Made by a program: the position numbers and the translations under genes | The notes under the pieces: generated by a model | The model's input: only the letters and a program-made list of their open reading frames with translations | What the model was told of the DNA's origin: nothing | Databases searched by the model: none | Shown here: positions 1 through 8,836 of the stretch, one piece after another | How positions within the stretch are numbered: the stretch's first letter is position 1 | Layout of the letters: the number at the start of each line of letters is the position of its first letter | Sequence record: OR620964.1 | Direction: 5' to 3' (one strand) | Length of the DNA: 64,000 nt

Positions 1-42
1 AAGTTTAGAGGATCGCCATCGGGTAAGAAGTCTATTGCTGCA

Positions 43-624
43 TTGCGCACCTTTGCCACAGCGAAGACATTGATCACTGCCTTGACTGCAATTAAAAGCA
101 TTCGTGTTCCTGCACAATGGATTAATACACATGAGGCAACTGTGGTTGTTGCTGAAACTACAGCGATACGCGCAAGCAAAACATCAGGTAAGAAACCTGC
201 TAAGCCTGACGAGCAAGCTAATCCCCATGCACCTGATGCTGTTACAGTAGTTGAAGATACGCCTAACGCCAAGCCTAAGACCGATGTTGCTTTGGTAGAT
301 GAGATGGCTGATATCAATGTATCGAAGTTCGGTCGTATGGACGTCACCAAACGTTGTAATTACTTTGAAGCATTCGCCAGAGTCTTAGGCAAAGCGCTTG
401 TTACTTCCGTAAGTGATGGCATATATACAACTGCCGTCCTTGCACAAAAGCCTCTGATTCGTGCATCTGAAAATGGCCTGGCATTTGAGATTACCTACGA
501 AGGTAAAGCCTGGCAGTTACGCAAGATGCTTAGTAAGAAAGCTCTTGTTGTATTCGGCGAAACACTGGATGTATCTGTTGTCTTTGAAGAACTTGTAAAA
601 CGTTTCAACAAGGCTCGCAAATAA
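43..624 (+). CDS. hypothetical protein (true start may differ or lie upstream of the window)
   Basis: 193-aa ORF followed by an intrinsic terminator. Confidence 0.6.
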   Translation: MRTFATAKTLITALTAIKSIRVPAQWINTHEATVVVAETTAIRASKTSGKKPAKPDEQANPHAPDAVTVVEDTPNAKPKTDVALVDEMADINVSKFGRMDVTKRCNYFEAFARVLGKALVTSVSDGIYTTAVLAQKPLIRASENGLAFEITYEGKAWQLRKMLSKKALVVFGETLDVSVVFEELVKRFNKARK

Positions 625-635
625 ATATAGTACCT

Positions 636-661
636 AAGGGTGGCCTAATGGCTGCCCTTTT
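636..661 (+). terminator. intrinsic terminator
   Basis: AAGGGTGGCC-TAAT-GGCTGCCCTTTT stem (with G-U pairs) plus T-tract after a stop codon. Confidence 0.75.
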
Positions 662-702
662 CTGATCTTGTGGTGGAATTGCTACGGATGCCAGACCTAA
701 AC

Positions 703-720
703 AAAATAGCGGCTAAAATA
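703..720 (+). promoter_or_regulatory. upstream promoter box copy (AAAATAGCGGCTAAAATA)
   Basis: Matches the repeated CAAAT-N-YGGCTAAAAT box; this copy lacks a clear -10 at the usual 37-nt offset (TATGAT at 754). Confidence 0.55.
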
Positions 721-921
721 GATTGTCGAAATGCCTTGCATTATATCACTAGGTATGATATTCGCGCATACGTGCGTTTCTTTTCACACAACATATAAAA
801 ATAAATGAGAAAAACGTTGCATTGTATTTGATATCTGTTAAGCTGATTGTGTTGTCTAGCAACGCAGACAACAACGCTCTTTAAAAACTTAAATTCTAAA
901 CTCAATATAAGAGAGATCAAT

Positions 922-1179
922 ATGTCTAAATTTAATTCTGTAGCTGTAGAACTTGATATCGTCGCTGACAATGCAAAAACTGTGCCTAATGATATTGTAG
1001 AATATTGTGAAGCAAACAACATCGGCTTTTTCGTAGCAACGCGCCCTGATGTTGATAATCTGCCTGTGCTTTTCACAGCGGCAAAAGCAGAAGATCTGAA
1101 AGAAATGATCAACGCAGTTTACGAGACGCAAGATAAAGAACAGCAAGAATTCTATGCTAGTATGATCGCTGAAATCTAA
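922..1179 (+). CDS. small acidic hypothetical protein, probable paralog of 14431-14646
   Basis: ATG at 922 after GAGAG; shares a V.LD..A ... L.EMI..(F/Y)...D ... I.E pattern with 14431-14646. Confidence 0.7.
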   Translation: MSKFNSVAVELDIVADNAKTVPNDIVEYCEANNIGFFVATRPDVDNLPVLFTAAKAEDLKEMINAVYETQDKEQQEFYASMIAEI

Positions 1180-1187
1180 ATCACTCC

Positions 1188-1216
1188 AAGGGCCGCTCGC
1201 AAGAGTTGGCCCTTTT
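1188..1216 (+). terminator. intrinsic terminator
   Basis: AAGGGCC..CTC-GCAA-GAG..GGCCCTTTT; GNRA loop and T-tract. Confidence 0.75.
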
Positions 1217-1240
1217 CATTTGTGCTGTGGCATGTATCTC

Positions 1241-1294
1241 AGCAAATACGTGGTCAAAATAGCCGTGTGATCGTTAGTAGATATATGTTAATAT
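1241..1294 (+). promoter_or_regulatory. sigma70-like promoter with upstream box
   Basis: AGCAAATACGTGGTCAAAAT box; TAATAT at 1289, 37 nt after the GG. Confidence 0.5.
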
Positions 1295-1342
1295 GAAGAG
1301 GCAGCACTATCGCTGTTTTGACTACAACATTGAGAGTTCAAA

Positions 1343-1654
1343 ATGACTGCATCTACGCAAGAATCACAAGCACGCTTGAAAGCTGAATTAGAGGCATACG
1401 CAGCCCGTATCAATCCACTATTGCCCGATGATCGCCGTATCGTTGTGTATGACGATATAGAAAACGAATCAGCGTACATGATGATCATCGAGTTAAAGGA
1501 TGGCGAGTGTTCTGGTGAAATAGGTTATTTTATTTCGAATCTCCGTACAGGCACTTTTTGTTCGTATGCAGGCGCAGGCGATTATCCTAATATCGCACTG
1601 TTTGGCGAAACTGATGAAGAAGTTGCTTCCAAGATCGCAACGTTGGAGTTTTGA
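1343..1654 (+). CDS. hypothetical protein
   Basis: 103-aa ORF in a + strand gene run. Confidence 0.7.
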   Translation: MTASTQESQARLKAELEAYAARINPLLPDDRRIVVYDDIENESAYMMIIELKDGECSGEIGYFISNLRTGTFCSYAGAGDYPNIALFGETDEEVASKIATLEF

Positions 1655-1661
1655 GGACCAT

Positions 1662-1922
1662 ATGACAATTTTAAAACTTTCTACAGAAGATCGCCAAACA
1701 CTTAAATCTCTTTCTTCTGGCATGGTATCAGTCACTGAGGCTGTTATCAGTTTGGCAGAACGTGGCATTCATATTCGTGCTATCACAACGATGAACCTTC
1801 ACAATGAACCTATTGAAGTCTTATCGAAGAATGGTAAAATGTTTTATGACCTGACGTATGATGCAGGTGCTGTTGATGAGAGCAACTGGCCGATCTTAGA
1901 ATCAATCATCGTACAACTGTAA
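1662..1922 (+). CDS. hypothetical protein
   Basis: ATG at 1662 after GAGGA RBS. Confidence 0.7.
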   Translation: MTILKLSTEDRQTLKSLSSGMVSVTEAVISLAERGIHIRAITTMNLHNEPIEVLSKNGKMFYDLTYDAGAVDESNWPILESIIVQL

Positions 1923-1978
1923 ATCAAAACTAACCAACAGCCCTGCATGTGTGGGGTTTTTCTGATCTGGAGAATGCT

Positions 1979-2146
1979 ATGATCTATGAACGTGAAGATC
2001 TAGAACAAAAGGACTGTACTGAATTACACGCTATCGCTGAACAGCGTGGCTTACTCGACGACTTCGATGATGAAGATCCTATAGATGAGCACCTGCTTGT
2101 CGGCCTCATTCTTGACGCGCAGAAAGAAGATGATCAATCGTTGTGA
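1979..2146 (+). CDS. small acidic protein with a Rho-N/SAP-like helix-extended-helix pattern
   Basis: REDLEQKDCTELHAIAEQRGL...L.GLIL; GGAG RBS. Confidence 0.5.
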   Translation: MIYEREDLEQKDCTELHAIAEQRGLLDDFDDEDPIDEHLLVGLILDAQKEDDQSL

Positions 2147-2211
2147 TGGCCAAGACGATTATTGATAAACGAAGAGGCACCAAACGAGTGTCTCAATAAC
2201 TGGAGAACATC

Positions 2212-2553
2212 ATGGACCTCATGATAATCAAAGTAAGCCCTGACGAATTCAACGCCCGTCAGATTCTATTACCTCACGCTTTACCTTTCACTAAAGAAGA
2301 GGCTGTTGTATTTGTTGTAACGAGCACGAACGAGTTTGGTGGTTTGACGTATGAAGACGCATACATTATCACCAAACTCAAAGTGACAGACGGCACAACT
2401 CCTGGCGGGCCTGCTCAAGTGCTTGAGGCGCAAGAGTACGGTAAAATCACATTAGATGAAGCGTGGAAAATTCCACTCTTGCATAAAGTGTTTATCGTCG
2501 CGCCTGTACATGAGCATGATCAGAGTATCTACTCGAAAACTGAATTTATCTAA
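2212..2553 (+). CDS. hypothetical protein
   Basis: GGAGA RBS; followed by a terminator. Confidence 0.7.
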   Translation: MDLMIIKVSPDEFNARQILLPHALPFTKEEAVVFVVTSTNEFGGLTYEDAYIITKLKVTDGTTPGGPAQVLEAQEYGKITLDEAWKIPLLHKVFIVAPVHEHDQSIYSKTEFI

Positions 2554-2558
2554 CTATC

Positions 2559-2586
2559 AGGGGCTGCCATTGTGCGGCCCTTTTTC
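2559..2586 (+). terminator. intrinsic terminator
   Basis: GGGGCTGC-CATT-GTGCGGCCC followed by TTTTT. Confidence 0.65.
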
Positions 2587-2637
2587 GTTTTGGATCTGTA
2601 AATAGTCTATAGCACGTAATCAACTGGAGAACATATT

Positions 2638-3102
2638 ATGAAGAAAATCAAGGCCTGTATTATTGATGTCACACGTAGCCAGATGTTTTCAGAAAAAGTT
2701 ACTGGCCAGCTTCGCTTCAAATCCATATTGACTGCAAGTGATTTTGTATTTATTCGCGCAGTTGATTTAGGCGTTACCTTCCTTGCGTCTCACGTAAGTT
2801 TTCTGACACTGCCTAGGCAATCTGGCAAGCGTATCAAGGAATACGAGTTCACATTCGATTTAGACTTGGATATCGACCGTATTACTGCTGTAGACCTAGC
2901 ACGTATTGGTGCAGGTGAGCTTGACTCAAGCAAAGTAGTACATACGTTTGTTGTGGATGCGTCGAATCGAAAGTTATTGCCAGAATCTACAACGCATAAG
3001 CAATTCTTGCGACCACGAGATCCATTCAAATATAAAGGCGTCACAACACACCGCTTTTGCGCAGGCGCAACAAGTCCATCTAATATTCCTAAGTCTGTTT
3101 GA
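2638..3102 (+). CDS. hypothetical protein
   Basis: GGAGA RBS, 154 aa. Confidence 0.7.
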   Translation: MKKIKACIIDVTRSQMFSEKVTGQLRFKSILTASDFVFIRAVDLGVTFLASHVSFLTLPRQSGKRIKEYEFTFDLDLDIDRITAVDLARIGAGELDSSKVVHTFVVDASNRKLLPESTTHKQFLRPRDPFKYKGVTTHRFCAGATSPSNIPKSV

Positions 3103-3109
3103 GCGTACT

Positions 3110-3370
3110 ATGCATGATACACACCCAATATCTCTGCGGCTGCACCGAGTAAACTTTAAACCAGCAAAACAGCGTATGGCTAAAGGTAAGGCCGCTGTTA
3201 AGACATTGACCTTTGCTATTAGCGAAGATCACCATACGCAGATTACACGTATGGCAAATAAGCTCGATATGCACATAGGCGAATTTATGCGTCAGGTGCT
3301 TGGTCACTATTTGGAGGAAACAAATGGCGGGACTGATTCAAGTGTTGGGGATGAAGGACAAACTACCTGA
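3110..3370 (+). CDS. putative ribbon-helix-helix DNA-binding protein
   Basis: KTLTFAISEDHHTQITRMANKLDMHIGEFMRQVL fits the RHH beta-alpha-alpha pattern. Confidence 0.5.
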   Translation: MHDTHPISLRLHRVNFKPAKQRMAKGKAAVKTLTFAISEDHHTQITRMANKLDMHIGEFMRQVLGHYLEETNGGTDSSVGDEGQTT

Positions 3371-3953
3371 CTGGTGCGAGTTAGAGATCAGTCCTGTATC
3401 AAAAGATGAAGAGTGGGGCGTCCTCAGTCCTTTTAACTTAGGGCCATGTATGACTGCTGACGGTATTATGTTCCTAAACGTGGAGAATCTCTGGCAGTAC
3501 AGCAAGGTATATCCAGAGCATATCATGAATAGAACTGATGCGCATTCAGGAGATATAGCACCAGAATGGTTTTCTTGGCATATATCTGGATCTCTTTCAA
3601 AGAGAGCACATCGATATCCAATGGGGAAAGGTGCCGTTCCTCGCTTCTCTAAATGGGGAGCTATGCGTTTATCTTATGTGACTGCGCGTAAGGCAATATA
3701 TGTTCCTACTTATGCCCAGTTATTAGTGCAGCACCCAAAGTTTAAGAAGTTACTCAAGTTGCATAAGAGCGGAACTAATATCGTAATACGCGACTATGAT
3801 GCCTATGATATACATAAGGCATATCCTGATTCAAGCAATGCTTGGGTTGATGCGGTAAACAACCCGAATAGAAAGTTCGGACACGGATTCGTCATAGGCA
3901 TGGCGTTGATTCTCCACACTCGACCTCTATGGTACACACAATGGATTCTGTAA
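3324..3953 (+). CDS. NADAR-like / DUF6939-type protein
   Basis: GGAGG RBS; LSPF, VENLWQYSKVY and YVTARKAIYVPTY motifs recalled from this family. Confidence 0.5.
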   Translation: MAGLIQVLGMKDKLPDWCELEISPVSKDEEWGVLSPFNLGPCMTADGIMFLNVENLWQYSKVYPEHIMNRTDAHSGDIAPEWFSWHISGSLSKRAHRYPMGKGAVPRFSKWGAMRLSYVTARKAIYVPTYAQLLVQHPKFKKLLKLHKSGTNIVIRDYDAYDIHKAYPDSSNAWVDAVNNPNRKFGHGFVIGMALILHTRPLWYTQWIL

Positions 3954-4252
3954 CTTATAGGCTATTTGGCAAAACGTATGAACTTCCTATTATCCGTATC
4001 TCATTTAGAGATAATGAAATAGAGGTGGACGGGCCAGAGTTTATCAAACCTATACCTGGGTTCCAACTAGGTGCTGCGTATGGTACATATCCATTGTCTA
4101 TTGTTTTGCGTAAGGCCCATGCAGATATACACATACGTCTCATTGAAAGAATTGCAGATAAGACATGGCGATATACATTTGAGACAGATACAGGCTCAAT
4201 AGTATTCTTCAAGATGAGCCAGACTATTAATAAGAATATAAGGACGTGGTAG
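3941..4252 (+). CDS. hypothetical protein
   Basis: ORF overlapping the end of the upstream gene. Confidence 0.6.
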   Translation: MDSVTYRLFGKTYELPIIRISFRDNEIEVDGPEFIKPIPGFQLGAAYGTYPLSIVLRKAHADIHIRLIERIADKTWRYTFETDTGSIVFFKMSQTINKNIRTW

Positions 4253-4416
4253 TGAGAAAACGAATACTGGCTGTAGCCATAGCACTGACAATAGAGATTG
4301 AGACGGAGCCTTACGTTGCTAGCATATTCAAGCGTTATGTACCGTACGCGCAATATCGTAATAGTGATGCATTCAATCCTATCAATGGTGCAATCTTCGA
4401 CTTCAAAACAAGCTAA
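4246..4416 (+). CDS. small hypothetical protein (56 aa, not in the ORF track)
   Basis: GTG after AAGGA; VVRKRILAVAIALTIEIETEPYV...DFKTS*. Confidence 0.4.
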   Translation: MVVRKRILAVAIALTIEIETEPYVASIFKRYVPYAQYRNSDAFNPINGAIFDFKTS

Positions 4417-4490
4417 CAAACATGGCTGCCAGCTCTTAGGGTGGCCATTATTCGTTCTGCTGCTACTCTGCGACGTGACGAGGCATAGAA

Positions 4491-4547
4491 GTCTGCAAAT
4501 AGCCGTCTAAAATAGTGCTAGTATGCGCATGATATTTATGCTATACT
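4491..4547 (+). promoter_or_regulatory. sigma70-like promoter with upstream box
   Basis: GTCTGCAAATAGCCGTCTAAAATA box; TATACT at 4542 (37-nt offset). Confidence 0.75.
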
Positions 4548-4592
4548 AGCTGTGAGCAATATGCTCATTAACTAACGCTGAGGAGCGTAATT

Positions 4593-4919
4593 ATGTCATC
4601 TTCTACTGAAATCACTTTCTCATTCTCTTACTTGACTAGCTTAGAAGTTGTTATAGGCAATAGTATAGTCGCAGACTATATGACCGTTGATGCAAATCAA
4701 AAGGAAACGTATAGCGGTAAGAGGGCTATCGACCTGATGCAAAACAGCAACATAGTCGGCGCATTGTCTCGCTTTGATCAAGCTATTGTTAATCTGATGA
4801 TTGATAAGCAAGTAGCACATGAGGAAGAACGCCGATATCAAGCAATTCAGACAGGCAGACCAGATAGACCTGAAGATGTTTATGCAGGCACCTATCTAAC
4901 TATCAGACACTGCCGATAA
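4593..4919 (+). CDS. hypothetical protein
   Basis: GAGGAG RBS. Confidence 0.75.
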   Translation: MSSSTEITFSFSYLTSLEVVIGNSIVADYMTVDANQKETYSGKRAIDLMQNSNIVGALSRFDQAIVNLMIDKQVAHEEERRYQAIQTGRPDRPEDVYAGTYLTIRHCR

Positions 4920-4922
4920 GAT

Positions 4923-4956
4923 TTGTGAAGGGCATTCTAATGAGTGCTCTTTGAAA
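4923..4956 (+). repeat. conserved intergenic hairpin repeat, copy 1
   Basis: TTGTG-AAGGGCATTC-TAAT-GAGTGCTCTT-TGAAA. Confidence 0.8.
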
Positions 4957-4982
4957 ATCTAACATGTTCTGAGGAGAACATA

Positions 4983-5405
4983 ATGAAATATCCCCGTCCA
5001 AACAATCAATACACGCTGCTTGAGATTCTGACCGAGTTGGATCTGAAAGATACACCTTGCTTAAGTTTCAAGCATTCTGATGCGCGTGGTGAATTCGAAC
5101 CAGCTATTCAGGATAGCCACGTAACAGAAGAACAGCTCCTTTCGATAGAAGGTTTGGCGGATACGCACTGGAAGTATATTAGGACAACTGACGAATGGAT
5201 TCCTGTTTTCGTGTGGGCAAAAGATAATGAACGCCCAATCACTGACTTTATCGATATTGCGGAGGAAATTGATCCGTATGAGTCGAAAGACAAAAATGGA
5301 TTCTGGTGTACTCCTAAAGGATTTCCACGCGAACAGTATTACTATCGTGATGCGCACGGTGATTATCGCCGCACTCATGATAAGAAACTCCACAACGAAT
5401 ACTAA
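4983..5405 (+). CDS. hypothetical protein
   Basis: GAGGAG RBS; ATG at 4983. Confidence 0.75.
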   Translation: MKYPRPNNQYTLLEILTELDLKDTPCLSFKHSDARGEFEPAIQDSHVTEEQLLSIEGLADTHWKYIRTTDEWIPVFVWAKDNERPITDFIDIAEEIDPYESKDKNGFWCTPKGFPREQYYYRDAHGDYRRTHDKKLHNEY

Positions 5406-5410
5406 GTGAA

Positions 5411-5443
5411 TTGTGAAGGTCATTCAGTGAGTGACCTTTGAAA
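5411..5443 (+). repeat. conserved intergenic hairpin repeat, copy 2
   Basis: TTGTG-AAGGTCATTC-AGT-GAGTGACCTT-TGAAA. Confidence 0.85.
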
Positions 5444-5489
5444 TGACAGCGATACTTGCTTGATAACTCCATTACATAAAGGATATTGT

Positions 5490-6263
5490 ATGAAAAACGA
5501 AACTGCCGTACTGAATAAATTAACTTTGCCTACGTGGGTAAATGAAAGTGTGTATATCTTACTCACTACACTTAGTGATGTGATGGTCGATCGTATATAC
5601 TCTTGTTTAGTTGGTGATGTTACTCCGACTGACAGCACCACTCCTCTGGAATTGTCTTTAAATCAGAAAATGATTATTGTAGCGTCTATGACGCCTGTTG
5701 CTTTACTGGAGAGAATAGAAGAACAAGGTAATATTCTTTCTGACTGGCAACTGTTTGATGTTATGGCCTCTAACGCATTTAGAATCATGCAGATTGTATC
5801 AACTAACCTGATGTTATTTGAAGTTAGTGATTCATATCGCAAAGAACTATTTCCCGATGATGATGAAGAGGATGAAGACGACGGTTCTGACGAAGATGAT
5901 GACTTCGATGATTGCGTAGATGAGGAAGATGCTTATAAGGGCCCGTCTGCTTTTGCCTTAGTCTCATATGTTTTGCAAAATGCATTGGCTACTCCTGACG
6001 AAGCAATGGTGTTAACACTGCCTGAGCTGCACACACTGTACTGTGATAACCAACAGGAAGAAGATATCGCCGAAGAAGAGTCGCCTAATGCGCCTGTTGA
6101 TACTCCGTTTGATGCACAAGCACGTAAGTATGAGAATATGTCTGATACTTCACTTATTCGTGAAGCTAAGAAACGTGGCTACGGATGGAATAGTGCATTG
6201 AACACAATGACAACTGAGGAACTAATTGACTTTCTCGTTGTACATGACCTGAACAGCTTATAA
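5490..6263 (+). CDS. acidic hypothetical protein with a C-terminal Rho-N/SAP-like helical motif
   Basis: D/E-rich centre; C-terminal YENMSDTSLIREAKKRGY...MTTEELIDFL. Confidence 0.7.
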   Translation: MKNETAVLNKLTLPTWVNESVYILLTTLSDVMVDRIYSCLVGDVTPTDSTTPLELSLNQKMIIVASMTPVALLERIEEQGNILSDWQLFDVMASNAFRIMQIVSTNLMLFEVSDSYRKELFPDDDEEDEDDGSDEDDDFDDCVDEEDAYKGPSAFALVSYVLQNALATPDEAMVLTLPELHTLYCDNQQEEDIAEEESPNAPVDTPFDAQARKYENMSDTSLIREAKKRGYGWNSALNTMTTEELIDFLVVHDLNSL

Positions 6264-6281
6264 TCTAAATAGGAATTTTAT

Positions 6282-7001
6282 ATGAACACACTTATCTTTA
6301 ATGCGGAAGCGGAGCACGTTGTCGATAACATCGAGTCATTGCAGGCGTTGATTGATGACCGTACGTCACCAGTAACAATCTATGGCTATGATGTTCCTAA
6401 AGAACAGGGCATGCATGTTTGCCAAGATATCGCCAGCGGTAAAATCTATTATGGCGCTGTCGAATATAATGCCGCTGGATTTGCGATGTTCTCCACACAA
6501 ACAGAAGTAGGAACATATTACTGGTTCTATGATACAAATAGCCCTCTTTACCTAGGCTACCGTTCTGGCTGTGACCGCAAACTATCTGATCTTAACAACT
6601 GGGTTTTAATTTGTCCTAAACTTCTAAATAAGGACCAGAATAAAATCACAGTATATGCATCTGAGCATATTGTATATATCCAGGCGCTGGAAACACAAAT
6701 ACGTAACCTTGTTGCACAGGCAAATCTAGATCAGGTCGAACTGTGCATGGTTGATTTAGACCAACCTTTGTGTGATTGTGATGAAGATGGTGACGTAAAT
6801 GATAGCGATGTTTCACAGGAAACTTTGGCTGCCATCATACGTGATTTGCAATCTCAATTCGGTTCTGCGGTTCAGTACAGCGAGGCAGAACGTGCTTGGA
6901 AAGATTTGTGCAAGATCTTCGGAGAAGACTTGGCCCAGCCTGTATGGACTGCGTATAAAGAACTTTATGCTAAGATGAGTATAACCGAATGTACTGAATA
7001 G
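6282..7001 (+). CDS. hypothetical protein
   Basis: AGGA RBS, 239 aa. Confidence 0.75.
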   Translation: MNTLIFNAEAEHVVDNIESLQALIDDRTSPVTIYGYDVPKEQGMHVCQDIASGKIYYGAVEYNAAGFAMFSTQTEVGTYYWFYDTNSPLYLGYRSGCDRKLSDLNNWVLICPKLLNKDQNKITVYASEHIVYIQALETQIRNLVAQANLDQVELCMVDLDQPLCDCDEDGDVNDSDVSQETLAAIIRDLQSQFGSAVQYSEAERAWKDLCKIFGEDLAQPVWTAYKELYAKMSITECTE

Positions 7002-7005
7002 CTTC

Positions 7006-7038
7006 TTGTGAAGGTCATTCACTGAGTGGCCTTTGAAA
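7006..7038 (+). repeat. conserved intergenic hairpin repeat, copy 3
   Basis: TTGTG-AAGGTCATTC-ACT-GAGTGGCCTT-TGAAA. Confidence 0.85.
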
Positions 7039-7068
7039 GACACTAATAACAATGTAAAGGAGAGTATA

Positions 7069-7515
7069 ATGGTTAATGTGCTGTTTATCGCAGCATTACT
7101 TATTGCGAGTATGTGCTGTTTGTGTTATGTACGTCCGAGAATAATGCATGGTGTCGTGCGCCTAATCAAGCGAGAGAAGTGCCCGCTTACAAAATTGACA
7201 GTTGATCCAGAAATGCCGTTATCCATTGGATTCGGTCGCTGCGTATTCAGCACTAGCCAAACAGATAGATCAGAAATATATGCTATGCGTGTACGTAGTA
7301 GTCCTAATACAATAGTGTTTACCGTGGAGAACATTCAGCCGTGTACTGCGCTGCTTACTTCATGCCTAAAAGAAGATAGCCGATTGCTTAGGCTTCTTGG
7401 ATACACCGTGGATCACATTCGTATAGACAATACTTACTATAGAGTGTTATCTACTATGACTGATGAATCCAATACACCGCCTAAGTATATTCGTTTTCTT
7501 TTGGAGAAAAACTAA
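7069..7515 (+). CDS. hypothetical protein with an N-terminal transmembrane segment
   Basis: AAGGAG RBS; hydrophobic VLFIAALLIASMCCLCY. Confidence 0.65.
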   Translation: MVNVLFIAALLIASMCCLCYVRPRIMHGVVRLIKREKCPLTKLTVDPEMPLSIGFGRCVFSTSQTDRSEIYAMRVRSSPNTIVFTVENIQPCTALLTSCLKEDSRLLRLLGYTVDHIRIDNTYYRVLSTMTDESNTPPKYIRFLLEKN

Positions 7516-7958
7516 TGAAACAGACAGTTGAACAAGATATTGATTTGATAGTGGCTGAGTTTGACAAGGCCATGGTTAGTGCTGAGAAATCAGCGTTCGG
7601 ATCTGTCTCTTACTACGTAGAAGACTTAAAGCACACCTCATTGTACTTACGTATTTATACTGGTCGCCAGTGTCGTTGGACGCGCCCAGTAATAGTAATA
7701 TCAACTATAAATGTATACAAGACAGGCAAGGGTACATTCCATGCACTGCTTGCTAAACTCAAGGTGCTTGCGGCCGAGCGGCAGTGGATTATAAAAGTAG
7801 AGAATGTGCTAATGCCTGAGTTCAGATCCTATCTGCAACGTCAAGATTTTGTAATGCATGGTGAGAGACATTGTGGAATAGGTAATATGTTTTGGTTCTA
7901 CGATAAGGCCTTACTTCAAGAAGAAGAACTGCCGCCACGTAATCCTAATGGAATTTGA
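7515..7958 (+). CDS. GNAT-fold acetyltransferase-like protein
   Basis: ISTINVYKTGKGTFHALL...VENVL...YLQRQDF resembles GNAT motifs A and B. Confidence 0.45.
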   Translation: MKQTVEQDIDLIVAEFDKAMVSAEKSAFGSVSYYVEDLKHTSLYLRIYTGRQCRWTRPVIVISTINVYKTGKGTFHALLAKLKVLAAERQWIIKVENVLMPEFRSYLQRQDFVMHGERHCGIGNMFWFYDKALLQEEELPPRNPNGI

Positions 7959-7964
7959 TCTAAG

Positions 7965-8108
7965 ATGCATAGATTCATTATCGTTGCACTAGCGTGGCTT
8001 ATTTACTTTGAGTTAATGATTCAGGTATTCGATAGGGTGCCTGGTATACTAGAGGTTATACTCGCCTCAGCCGTCCTTGGCTATACAATGAGTGTAAAGG
8101 AGGAATAG
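7965..8108 (+). CDS. small membrane protein (47 aa, not in the ORF track)
   Basis: MHRFIIVALAWLIYFELMIQVFDRVPGILEVILASAVLGYTMSVKEE*; two hydrophobic stretches. Confidence 0.5.
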   Translation: MHRFIIVALAWLIYFELMIQVFDRVPGILEVILASAVLGYTMSVKEE

Positions 8109-8110
8109 AA

Positions 8111-8269
8111 GTGACACAGAATACTGCACCTGCAAAAGAAGTGGATGAGTTCAATCTCGATGATCTTGATATTGACGCAGCCGAACAAAAAGCAGAGCAA
8201 ATGGGTGCTGGTGGTGGAGAAGTATTAGAGCCGTCAAACGTATGCGAGTCAGGTGCTTGCTCAATCTAA
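8111..8269 (+). CDS. 52-aa acidic peptide ending CESGACSI (NrdA C-terminal tail-like)
   Basis: AGGAGG RBS then GTG; read by hand as VTQNTAPAKEVDEFNLDDLDIDAAEQKAEQMGAGGGEVLEPSNVCESGACSI*. Confidence 0.75.
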   Translation: MTQNTAPAKEVDEFNLDDLDIDAAEQKAEQMGAGGGEVLEPSNVCESGACSI

Positions 8270-8320
8270 CTATAACGGCTGGCCTTGTGCTGGCCGTACT
8301 TGTATCTAACGAGGTCAATT

Positions 8321-8836
8321 ATGACAGATGAAATCAAAATTCCTACACTGCCTGCACCAAACCTTATTTCAGGTGAAGGTAAATTCTGGTATAACAGTGA
8401 TCAGATGGTTGCTTTTGCTCGACAAGCGATACTGTTAGATCGCATTCCAGCCACGCTTGAGCAAGACGCCGATATTGAGAATGCGGCGCCCGTTGCTGAT
8501 CCTGATCCTATCATTGACGATACGCCTGATGCTGAGATTGCGGCATGGATACAGACTCAACCGAACGATCCTAATGCAGATAACACCGTACCTAAGTTAG
8601 TGCGGGCACTCCAGTTATTGTATAACCCTGAGATAAAGACAGTAGAAGATTTGACTGAATTACTTCTTCCTACGCTGCAACAGATACTGGTGCATTTTGA
8701 TCTTGATACTGAGCTGGCGCCTGAGTTGCATAACTCACGGATGTCTATTCTGCATTTCCTGATTACTCGAAGCTCTGCATTACTTGACTCTGCTACTGAT
8801 CAGATCGATGCTGTCTATGGACAAAAGGCCAACTGA
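8321..8836 (+). CDS. hypothetical protein
   Basis: GAGG RBS; ATG at 8321. Confidence 0.7.
   Translation: MTDEIKIPTLPAPNLISGEGKFWYNSDQMVAFARQAILLDRIPATLEQDADIENAAPVADPDPIIDDTPDAEIAAWIQTQPNDPNADNTVPKLVRALQLLYNPEIKTVEDLTELLLPTLQQILVHFDLDTELAPELHNSRMSILHFLITRSSALLDSATDQIDAVYGQKAN

Noticed and set aside
4923-7038. Hairpin repeats read as a CRISPR array
   Set aside because: Copies are 488 and 1595 bp apart and separated by whole genes, not 30-40-nt spacers; no cas genes are visible.
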